A DNA stretch of 20,771 nucleotides. Source: Candidatus Heimdallarchaeota archaeon. GTDB taxonomy: Archaea > Asgardarchaeota > Heimdallarchaeia > JABLTI01. Shown here one piece after another: positions 7,684 through 15,703 of the stretch. Numbering within the stretch: the first letter of the stretch is position 1; each line of letters opens with the position of its first letter. Both the position numbers and the translations under genes were made by a program. Below the pieces are notes generated by a model. It was not told the DNA's origin, made no database searches, and saw only the letters and a list, made by a program, of their open reading frames with translations. The stretch lies in the NCBI GenBank assembly GCA_019056785.1, contig DXJV01000004.1, forward strand, positions 1 through 20,771. The letters are read 5' to 3'.

Positions 7684-9018
7684 GTGAATATTTTAACTGA
7701 AAAGAGTTCAACAACTCTAAAAAGCACCGTTTGGCGGAAAACTTGTTTTCTAAGCGAGTTTTCAGAAAAAGCTGCTTCAGCGGCTTGTTTGATGGGTTGG
7801 CTGCATGACCGTGCTCTTGTCCCTGACCCTACTTTTGGTGGCATTGTTCTCAGAATTACGCTACGCGATTGTTCTGGTTTGAGAGATTTTGTTGTGACTA
7901 CAAAACCCTTTATCGATTTACTTTCGACACTCGAGTATGAATCGGTAATTGCCATAAAAGTTCTTGGAAAAGAAATTTTAGATGTTAAAATTCTTGCCCG
8001 TGCTAAACCGGCCATTTTCTCACCAAAAGTGATAACCGATTTTTCTACAATAGACTTAGTTGTTCACCGGCCACTTGCAATACGAACTGAGAGGATGAAA
8101 GCTGTTCTTCGTGTTCAAGATCAAATCTTCACAAGTGCTCGACAATTCTTTCATAAAGAAGGTTTTTGTGAGCTTCGTCCCCCTATTCTCTCTCCTGCAA
8201 CGGACCCCGGCATTCGTGGAGCTATTGGAGCAGATGTGAATTTTTATGGTAAGAAATACAAAATTACTACCAGCATGATTCTTTATAAGCAGATGGCAAT
8301 TTGCTCTCTCGAAAAGGTTTACGCCTTCTCGCCTAATGTCCGGCTGGAACCGGTAAAAACCCGACAGACAGGTCGGCATCTTGCTGAATTTTGTCAGATT
8401 GATGTTGAACAGGCATTCATCAATTATCATGATGCGATGGCCCTTGCTGAAAGACTTCTTGTTGCTATTCTTTCTGATGTTAAAAGCAACTGCCAAAAGG
8501 AGTTAAAATTACTCGAGCGTTCTCTGACGATCCCTACACGACCGTTTAAGAAACTAACATTTCAAGAAGCTTTGAACATCCTCAGCAAGGCAGGCTTTAA
8601 GCAGCTTCAGCAGCGAAAAGAACTCCCCTGGGAAGCAGAGAAAATGCTTTCCAACACTTTTGACGAACCATTTTGGGTGACGGAGTTTCCTTATGGTTCC
8701 CGAGGCTTCTATGATAGACAAGACCCAAATCGTCCGGCTGTTTTGAGGGACTTTGACCTTCTCTATCCTGCTGGTTTTGGGGAAGCCATTTCAGGTTCTG
8801 AACGCGAATATCTCTATCCTCGAGTGAAAAAGCGGATGTTAGAGCAAGGCTTACCTCTGGACGAATATTCCTGGTATCTAGATATGCTCCAACATGGTGT
8901 TCCTCCATCTGCAGGATTTGGTCTGGGGCTTGAACGGCTGACTAGATATATTTGTGGCTTAGAAAATATCTGGGAAGCAACGGCTTTTCCGAAGGTTCCC
9001 GGCGTACATTCACCCTAG
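7684..9018 (+). CDS. Archaeal-type asparagine synthetase A (AspRS/AsnRS paralog) with an N-terminal OB-fold-like extension
   Basis: Class IIb aaRS core with signatures of the asparagine synthetase subgroup: PILSPATDPGIRGA, TTSMILYKQ, FSPNVRLE, TGRHLAEF, GFGEAISGSERE, SAGFGLGLERLTRYICG. The N-terminal ~130 aa contain GWLHDR, LRDCSG and ESVIAI. Confidence 0.8.
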   Translation: MNILTEKSSTTLKSTVWRKTCFLSEFSEKAASAACLMGWLHDRALVPDPTFGGIVLRITLRDCSGLRDFVVTTKPFIDLLSTLEYESVIAIKVLGKEILDVKILARAKPAIFSPKVITDFSTIDLVVHRPLAIRTERMKAVLRVQDQIFTSARQFFHKEGFCELRPPILSPATDPGIRGAIGADVNFYGKKYKITTSMILYKQMAICSLEKVYAFSPNVRLEPVKTRQTGRHLAEFCQIDVEQAFINYHDAMALAERLLVAILSDVKSNCQKELKLLERSLTIPTRPFKKLTFQEALNILSKAGFKQLQQRKELPWEAEKMLSNTFDEPFWVTEFPYGSRGFYDRQDPNRPAVLRDFDLLYPAGFGEAISGSEREYLYPRVKKRMLEQGLPLDEYSWYLDMLQHGVPPSAGFGLGLERLTRYICGLENIWEATAFPKVPGVHSP

Positions 9019-9058
9019 ACCATACTATGCCCTCCCTTTTTCAGGGCATTTTCCAATC

Positions 9059-9087
9059 TTTCTTTTTTCCTTTGTTTTTTTCTTCTC
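9059..9087 (+). terminator. Archaeal oligo-T terminator tract
   Basis: T-rich run with T6-T7 tracts about 40 nt after the TAG at 9018. Confidence 0.45.
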
Positions 9088-9237
9088 ACAGAATTGACTC
9101 TTATTCTTTGAGAATGTGTAATTTCGCATTCTTCAATTATTATCGCAATTATTAAAAAGGCTGGAATTAGGAATAACTAAAATATTATTAAAACCTATTA
9201 AAATTGTAAGCTAAAGCTTGCATTTGGAGGCAAAGCA

Positions 9238-10593
9238 GTGAAGATTAAAAAAAGTCTGGTAATGATTTTAACACTAACGGCAATACTACTTGGGAGCAAC
9301 GTTTATGCTTTGACAGTTGTTTCCGGAACAATTACATTCGATGAACTTCATTATGGGTATTTTAATACCCCAAAAGCTGTTTACTGGGGTGGTCCGGGAC
9401 TTGAAGGTGATGTTCATACCGTTGTAGACTCTCAGAATAATATTGTTACAGCATTCTTTTCGCAGTCTTTCAGCACCAATAAAGAGGTCTATATCGTTAA
9501 GTTTAACTCACAATTAAATGAGCTCTGGAATACTACTTGGGGCAATACCGATAATGCTACTGTTGCAGGGGTATTTATTGACAAATCAAATTATATTTAC
9601 GTTGTTGGGAGCATTTATAGTCAAGTTGTTCCTTCACGTTATATTCATAATGTTTTTGCCTTAAAATTCAGACCGAATGGTTCACTGCTCTGGGAAGCCA
9701 TCCATCAAACACCCAATTTGGATGAAGTTGCTAATAGTGGGGTTTTCGATCAAAATAGCAATACTTTCTTTGTTGTCGGCACAACAAATAGTAGTAGTGG
9801 TTCAATGTTTGTTAAAAAATTCTCTAAGAGTGGTAATTATCTTACTACTTTCTATTATGGCTCATCCAGCCCTTCAGAAGAACTTGAAGTTGGAGGTGCT
9901 ACGGTAGATGACAATGGAGATATCTTCATTGCTGCTTTGACCAACAAAACTCTATGGGGCAATCCAACTAATTATGTTCTTGTAAAACTTAATGGTACCA
10001 CTGGCAATTTGGCGTGGAATGTTACCTCCGGCGCTTTGGAATTAACCACTCGAGGGGTGGATGTTGCAGTTGACAATGGAATCGCCTATCTCGTTGGTGA
10101 TTTGATCAGTTCTGCTGCGCCATCAAATCAATACACCTTCCTAGTGAGCATCAATGCTACAACCGGCGTAATTAACTGGAATACTACACTTGATTATTCG
10201 CCTGATTATCAATATTCCGCAGGTATAACTGTGAATCGCCATGGCAATCCGGTTATCACAGGGTTTGTTAATGCCGCTACGGCGGATGTTTTCACGGCGG
10301 AATTTAATACCACTGGCAGTTTACTTTGGAATCATACCTTTGTTAAAGCTTTCAGTGATGTTGCTTCAGATATTATCAGTAAAGATGACTATCTCTATAT
10401 CGCAGCAACTGCCTATAATGGAACATCGCTAAAAGATCAAGTCATGCTCCTTATCTACGAAGATAATTATACCTTTGACTTCCCAACACAAGGACCCTTT
10501 GGAACAATTTTCGGGATAATCTTTGGTGTCATAGTTTGTGTGTTCTCTCTCGTACTCATAACAGGTTTACTCTATACTTATTGGAAGAAATAG
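9238..10593 (+). CDS. Secreted, C-terminally membrane-anchored beta-propeller (SBBP-like repeat) surface glycoprotein
   Basis: GGAGG RBS plus GTG start; signal-peptide-like N-terminus; repeats of the VD..N.IYVVG...F..KF...G.LLW type; about 13 N-x-S/T sequons; C-terminal TM followed by WKK. Confidence 0.75.
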   Translation: MKIKKSLVMILTLTAILLGSNVYALTVVSGTITFDELHYGYFNTPKAVYWGGPGLEGDVHTVVDSQNNIVTAFFSQSFSTNKEVYIVKFNSQLNELWNTTWGNTDNATVAGVFIDKSNYIYVVGSIYSQVVPSRYIHNVFALKFRPNGSLLWEAIHQTPNLDEVANSGVFDQNSNTFFVVGTTNSSSGSMFVKKFSKSGNYLTTFYYGSSSPSEELEVGGATVDDNGDIFIAALTNKTLWGNPTNYVLVKLNGTTGNLAWNVTSGALELTTRGVDVAVDNGIAYLVGDLISSAAPSNQYTFLVSINATTGVINWNTTLDYSPDYQYSAGITVNRHGNPVITGFVNAATADVFTAEFNTTGSLLWNHTFVKAFSDVASDIISKDDYLYIAATAYNGTSLKDQVMLLIYEDNYTFDFPTQGPFGTIFGIIFGVIVCVFSLVLITGLLYTYWKK

Positions 10594-10701
10594 CTAATAG
10601 TTGTTTTCTTCCTTTTCGTAATTTTTTTCAGAAGAGCTTTCCGCATACCATTTTAAGAGAAAAATTTAGAAGAAAAAACGCACCTAGTTTTTTTGAGAGC
10701 A

Positions 10702-10953
10702 ATGAAGGATGAGCAATTTGATCACATTCATTTGTTTATCAATGCCATGGGAGTTAAGTGCCCCATCCCTTCTATGAAAGTTCGATTAAGCATGCCGAAA
10801 GTTCCTCCCGGGGGCATTGTTAAGGTCATTACAGAAGCTCCTCATTCTGCAAAAAGCATTCCAAGATACTGCCAGAACTTCGGCCATGATTTGTTGCTTT
10901 TTGAAGAAAAAAATGGCGTTTTTACCTTTATCATTCAAAAGAAGAAGAAATGA
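10702..10953 (+). CDS. tusA: TusA/SirA-family sulfur carrier (sulfurtransferase)
   Basis: NAMGVKCPIP (CPxP motif), about 83 aa, typical SAKSIPRYCQNFGH...F.IQK end; ATG 10702 preferred to TTG 10693. Confidence 0.85.
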   Translation: MKDEQFDHIHLFINAMGVKCPIPSMKVRLSMPKVPPGGIVKVITEAPHSAKSIPRYCQNFGHDLLLFEEKNGVFTFIIQKKKK

Positions 10954-10962
10954 CTAACCGGC

Positions 10963-11787
10963 CTATGTAAGTTTAAGTAATTGAGTTATTGCGCCCCCAA
11001 GGATTGTTGCCTGCTCTTCCGATGAAATTTTTAAGGCGCGAATTTTCTTGATGATCCGCTCGAGATTATTTATACCAAATGGCGAATCTGAGCCCATTAT
11101 GACATGCTCTGCACCAAAAAATTTGATCGCTTTTCGAATCCGTTTTTCACTCACAATATAGTAAGTGGAAGTATCGAAATAGATGTTCTTAATTTTCGGC
11201 GCAATTCGGATTGTTTCCTCGAGTCCCATGAAATGTGCCAGGATATAATTTGTCTCAGGATATTGTAATGCTGTTTGCACCAATTTCTTTGCTTCTCTTG
11301 CACTATAAACATGGATGAAAATTGGTAGCCCCTTCTCTGCGGCAAACTCACTGAGCAGCCGGAATGCTTTCCCATCATTTTTAAAGGGAACAATGCACTG
11401 ATGCAACTTTAATCCTTGAAAATGCCATTCTCTGTATCTTTTAAGCAATTTAGTATAGAAATCCGGATCAAAAAAATTCACCAAATAATATTGGAGAACT
11501 CGTTTTGGTAATTTTCGCTGCAATTCATGAACCAAATTATTGCCAAACTCTCTGTCCATTAAACCGCTGGCTTTTCGTCTTAGGAATTTGTTTGAAAGAA
11601 AGAGAATCTTGGGATTTGTGGTCAAAAAATTCTCACGAATTTTAGGCTGGATGTAGGTTGTTTTTGCTTCTCTACTACCTCCGGGACACAAGCCAATTTT
11701 GTCTACCTTAAATTTGTCTAAAATGGCTTCTAATGTTCTTGCATCAGCAAATTCGCCCAAGGCATGAGCATGATTATCGATTATCAG
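10963..11787 (-). CDS. Amidohydrolase_2-family metal-dependent hydrolase (TIM barrel), probable CTG start
   Basis: GLKLH, PIFIH, ILAHF, YFDTS and MGSDSPF motifs. The essential IIDNHAH (DxHxH) motif lies upstream of the track start at 11760, reading from CTG at 11787. Confidence 0.85.
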   Translation of the reverse strand: MIIDNHAHALGEFADARTLEAILDKFKVDKIGLCPGGSREAKTTYIQPKIRENFLTTNPKILFLSNKFLRRKASGLMDREFGNNLVHELQRKLPKRVLQYYLVNFFDPDFYTKLLKRYREWHFQGLKLHQCIVPFKNDGKAFRLLSEFAAEKGLPIFIHVYSAREAKKLVQTALQYPETNYILAHFMGLEETIRIAPKIKNIYFDTSTYYIVSEKRIRKAIKFFGAEHVIMGSDSPFGINNLERIIKKIRALKISSEEQATILGGAITQLLKLT

Positions 11788-11812
11788 TTTGTTGTACCTT
11801 CAGTTTGATTTT

Positions 11813-12643
11813 TTACGTGGCAGTTTCTTTTGAATTGATTTTTCTGTTGGCAGTTTTTTGTTTGTTTGGATTGTTTATTTGCGACGTAATTAATTCCGGC
11901 TTTACAAAATCAATTGCTGCTGCTATTTGCTCTTTTGTCGGTGATATTTCTAAGAAATCGATTAGTTTTTTCACGGTCTCTTTTGGCTGCTCGATTATCT
12001 CTGATAAATCCAATTTCAAATGTTTCTTATCTTTAACAAACTCCTCTATCCGTTCTTGAGCGTTGGCGGTTAGTTTTTCTAAAAACTTTCTATTCCGGTA
12101 GGGAAAACCTTTTACAAAAGCCCCCTTCAAGGTTCGCATGGCTAAAATAAATCGCTCTCGTGGTTTGAAATAACTAAATTCTGTCCATATTTCTGGGATC
12201 CAGTTCTTAAGTTTCCCCGCGCGTCTTTGCGAATTAGCGACACTTGCTGGGTCGCGATAAAGATAAATATAATAAGGGTTTTTCAGATGGTGATGGAAAT
12301 AGGGGAGCGAATAAATTATCACTGCTTCTTTAAACCCCCATAACTCCCGCTCTGATTCATGGATTAATTTCACAAGGTCCTTTTCGTAATATTTTACCGC
12401 CTCTTCCACCTTTCCGTCGTCATCACTAAACCTATTCCAATAGAACGTTAACCGTTTTGCTCTGAATAAGATTCGATGATTCAGTTTTAGAAAAGCATGG
12501 TTTTCGTAGGAACCATATTTATTTTTGTGTTTCCCTTTAATCATGTCCTCTTCTGGCCCCATCCAGACCCCTAACCGTTCCAAAATGCCTGCCAGTAGCG
12601 ATGAACCGCTTCGAGGTTGAGTTAAAATAACAACTGTTTTCAT
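11813..12643 (-). CDS. PAPS-dependent sulfotransferase family protein
   Basis: 5'-PSB loop QPRSGSSL at the N-terminus, WGFKE, 3'-PB motif YRDPASVANS, and EIIEQPKETVKKLIDFL. Confidence 0.85.
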   Translation of the reverse strand: MKTVVILTQPRSGSSLLAGILERLGVWMGPEEDMIKGKHKNKYGSYENHAFLKLNHRILFRAKRLTFYWNRFSDDDGKVEEAVKYYEKDLVKLIHESERELWGFKEAVIIYSLPYFHHHLKNPYYIYLYRDPASVANSQRRAGKLKNWIPEIWTEFSYFKPRERFILAMRTLKGAFVKGFPYRNRKFLEKLTANAQERIEEFVKDKKHLKLDLSEIIEQPKETVKKLIDFLEISPTKEQIAAAIDFVKPELITSQINNPNKQKTANRKINSKETAT

Positions 12644-12866
12644 GGGGAAACATTTACATTAAAAGGTTAAAAGCCTTACTACAAGCTGTAGTTTACCGGC
12701 TACCTGTTGCCTTTATGCTTGTAAATTGAAACTGTTCTCTGACTGCTTTTTCCCCCTTTTTCTCGAGTGTCATTACCAATATTTCAATTAGGCTAAATAT
12801 TTTTTAAGGGAAAGAGAAGAAAAATACCACACACAGAAAAAAATTATGAACATGTGAGTGTGAACA

Positions 12867-15665
12867 ATGACATCAACAACAACCACAAAAAAAATTATAC
12901 TTTATGGTTTGCTGGTTGCGATTTTATTTTCAATTGCTGCCCAACCAATTAAATTTTATGCTGGTAAAAATGTGAACCCAGGTTTTGAGGATAATGATAA
13001 TACTCCCCTGAGTTTTGAAGAGGGATTACAACCACCCCAAGATGGGACCTTTACTATTAATAGTCTCCCATACAATTATTCTAAAACTGGTGGTTGGAAA
13101 AGCAGTGGCAGCAGTGTTCATAATATTGTTGTTGATGGTAATTTTGCCTTTGTTGCTGATGGACCGAACGGTTTGAAAATTCTTAACATTACTGATAAAT
13201 CGAACCCCACCCTTTATGGCGCCTATCAAAATGGTTCAGCAATTTTGTATGAGATCTATAAGAAGGACAATTATCTGCTCCTCGCATATGGCACTAATGG
13301 TTTGATCATTCTAGACACTTCTTTAAGTCTCATTACACCGCAATATGTTGCAAGTGTGACAAGTGAATTTAATGGTCATGAATGTCTTGCTCTTGATGTC
13401 CAAGATAATTGGACATACGTTGCTGCAGGTGAATTTGGCTTTGCAGTAATTAAAACTGCAGATATGACTCATCCCCAGTATACCGGACGTTATTATCGCA
13501 TCGGTGTAGACATACGAGACATTGATGTGTACATTAATTTTGCTTATATTGCTGATGCTAATTATGGTTTGCGTCGTGTAGACATTGCTTCAAATAAAGT
13601 TAACCCCACCGAAAGTGGTAATGGTTATCCTTCTGGCTCTGCTTTAAGCGTCTACATCCGCCATGACTATTATGCGCTTATTGCAGATTATACGGCTTTT
13701 TACGTTGTTTCTATGTACAGCTATCCAACATTTACCAAAGTAGGTGAGTATGCTGATGGAAACCACCCCCTAGGAGTCTTTGGTGCCTGGGAAACCGCCT
13801 TTGTTACCTATTCTGATGGTGTTGGCATGCGAATGTTTAACATCACGGAAAAGGATGAAGGGGTTTATGCCAAATTTGTTGCAAGGTATAATAGTACCGG
13901 CGAAGGATTTGGTGTCTATGTTCAAGATGATTATGCCTATGTTTGCGATGGCACGACCGGGTTAGATATTGTTGGTTTGGACCAAGACAGCGATGATTTG
14001 TACGACAACTATGAACTGGAGGACACTTTTACAATGGTCGATAATCCTGACACAGATAATGACACTCTCACAGATGGGGCAGAATTCTATGGTCTTTACG
14101 CTCCAAGTAATCCTTACACTGATCATAAGGGATATTTCCATGGTCTTGACCCACTCGACAATGATACTGATGATGACTTAATTCATGACGATGAAGAAGT
14201 GTACTTGGGTGTTGATGGTTATTATACTAATCCCTTAAATAATGATAGTGATGGTGATGGCATCTCAGATTATGATGAACTCAATGTCTATCTTACTAAT
14301 CCTACAATAGGTGATTCTGATGGCGATGGGCTTTCCGATGGTGACGAAATCAACATTTACGGCACCAACCCCAACTTGAAAGATACAGATTCAGATGGCA
14401 TGCCTGATGGTTATGAAATTCTCCACAATTTAAATGCCACTTATGATGATTCACATGAAGATTTTGATAATGATGGAATAATCAACATTGATGAATGGAA
14501 TGTTACTTTTACTAAACCGGAAGTTAATGACACTGATACAGATGGCTTATTGGATGGTGAAGAATTTTATGGTGTCTATGCGCCGACCCATCCTTACGCA
14601 AATGGAACTGGCTATATCACCGGTCTTGACCCTCTTGTAGCAGATACCGACCGTGACGGGCTAGACGATGGCGAAGAAGTGAACCTTTACTCTACCAATC
14701 CCCTTGACCAGGACTCAGACAATGATTTATTGGTTGATTATGAAGAAGTTATTACCTATAATACAGATCCTAATGACCCAGATACAGACAATGATTCGCT
14801 TGGCGACTATTGGGAAGCAACGGAAGGCACAAACCCCTTGGTAAATGATACCTATCTTGATTATGATAATGATGGTTTGACGAATCTTCAAGAAATGAAT
14901 TTGGGGACAAAACCAAAGGTTGCCGATACTGATGGGGATTCGATGGACGATGGCTGGGAAGTAAGCAATGGCCTTGACCCCCTCGATGCAAGTGATGCTG
15001 AGCTTGATAACGATTCAGATGGCTTGACGAATGCCGATGAGTTTGCTGCTAATACCAACCCCAACTTAGCTGACACAGACTCTGATGGAATGGATGACAA
15101 ATGGGAAGTAGATAATGGTACAGATCCTCTCGTTGATGATGCAGACGCAGACCCAGATGAGGACACTTTAACCAATATTGAAGAGATGACCGTTGGAACC
15201 GATCCATTGGATTCTGATACTGACAGGGATACCCTCCTGGACGGTGTTGAAGTGCATACCTACGGAACGAATCCTCTTGACCCGGACACTGACCACGACG
15301 GTGTGAGAGACGACGTAGAGATCCTGAAAGGAACCGACCCCTTGGACCCCAACAGCAATCCACAACAACGAAACAGACTCATTTATACCTCTATTGGCTC
15401 CAGCGTTGCCGGAGGGATTTTAGTTCTTGTAGCAGTCTTCTTTGCTGTTTACTGGCTTCGACAACCCGAGCAAAAGATGTTCCGTTATTTAGCTCATTTG
15501 CGGTCCAAAGGAGTGAAAAAAGTCACTTTGAAAGAAGTTGCAGTTTATTTGGACAAGCGACTTACCCGTGGCGACATTAAGAAATTGATCAACCAATTTG
15601 GAGAGGCCAAAGGCTATAAACTCGAGGACAATAAGATCCTCTTGGAAGAACCACAGAAAAAATAG
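12867..15665 (+). CDS. Large single-pass surface protein: LVIVD-repeat propeller, 18 Ca-binding TSP3-like repeats, TM helix and basic cytoplasmic tail
   Basis: Signal-like N-terminus; LVIVD-type repeats (AFVADGPNGLKILNI, YVAAGEFGFAVI, AYIADANYGLRRVDI, AYVCDGTTGLDIV); 18 DxDxDxxx(D/N)xxE units counted; TM GGILVLVAVFFAVYWL; tail of about 68 aa. Confidence 0.85.
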   Translation: MTSTTTTKKIILYGLLVAILFSIAAQPIKFYAGKNVNPGFEDNDNTPLSFEEGLQPPQDGTFTINSLPYNYSKTGGWKSSGSSVHNIVVDGNFAFVADGPNGLKILNITDKSNPTLYGAYQNGSAILYEIYKKDNYLLLAYGTNGLIILDTSLSLITPQYVASVTSEFNGHECLALDVQDNWTYVAAGEFGFAVIKTADMTHPQYTGRYYRIGVDIRDIDVYINFAYIADANYGLRRVDIASNKVNPTESGNGYPSGSALSVYIRHDYYALIADYTAFYVVSMYSYPTFTKVGEYADGNHPLGVFGAWETAFVTYSDGVGMRMFNITEKDEGVYAKFVARYNSTGEGFGVYVQDDYAYVCDGTTGLDIVGLDQDSDDLYDNYELEDTFTMVDNPDTDNDTLTDGAEFYGLYAPSNPYTDHKGYFHGLDPLDNDTDDDLIHDDEEVYLGVDGYYTNPLNNDSDGDGISDYDELNVYLTNPTIGDSDGDGLSDGDEINIYGTNPNLKDTDSDGMPDGYEILHNLNATYDDSHEDFDNDGIINIDEWNVTFTKPEVNDTDTDGLLDGEEFYGVYAPTHPYANGTGYITGLDPLVADTDRDGLDDGEEVNLYSTNPLDQDSDNDLLVDYEEVITYNTDPNDPDTDNDSLGDYWEATEGTNPLVNDTYLDYDNDGLTNLQEMNLGTKPKVADTDGDSMDDGWEVSNGLDPLDASDAELDNDSDGLTNADEFAANTNPNLADTDSDGMDDKWEVDNGTDPLVDDADADPDEDTLTNIEEMTVGTDPLDSDTDRDTLLDGVEVHTYGTNPLDPDTDHDGVRDDVEILKGTDPLDPNSNPQQRNRLIYTSIGSSVAGGILVLVAVFFAVYWLRQPEQKMFRYLAHLRSKGVKKVTLKEVAVYLDKRLTRGDIKKLINQFGEAKGYKLEDNKILLEEPQKK

Positions 15666-15671
15666 GCCTAG

Positions 15672-15703
15672 CCTTTCTTCCCCTTTCTTTTTCTCTTATT
15701 TTA
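15672..15703 (+). terminator. Pyrimidine/oligo-T terminator between convergent genes
   Basis: T/C-rich tract directly after TAG 15665 and before the convergent stop at 15704. Confidence 0.45.

Noticed and set aside
7684-9018. Annotation as canonical asparaginyl- or aspartyl-tRNA synthetase (asnS/aspS)
   Set aside because: Lacks the EGG...F and L.QSPQLY signatures and instead has TDPG, SMILYKQ and SPNVRLE of the asparagine synthetase subgroup; anticodon-contact residues appear altered.
13980-15360. DNA-level tandem repeat or CRISPR-like array in the Asp-rich region
   Set aside because: The periodicity is protein-level (TSP3-like repeats) with synonymous divergence, not identical DNA repeats with spacers.
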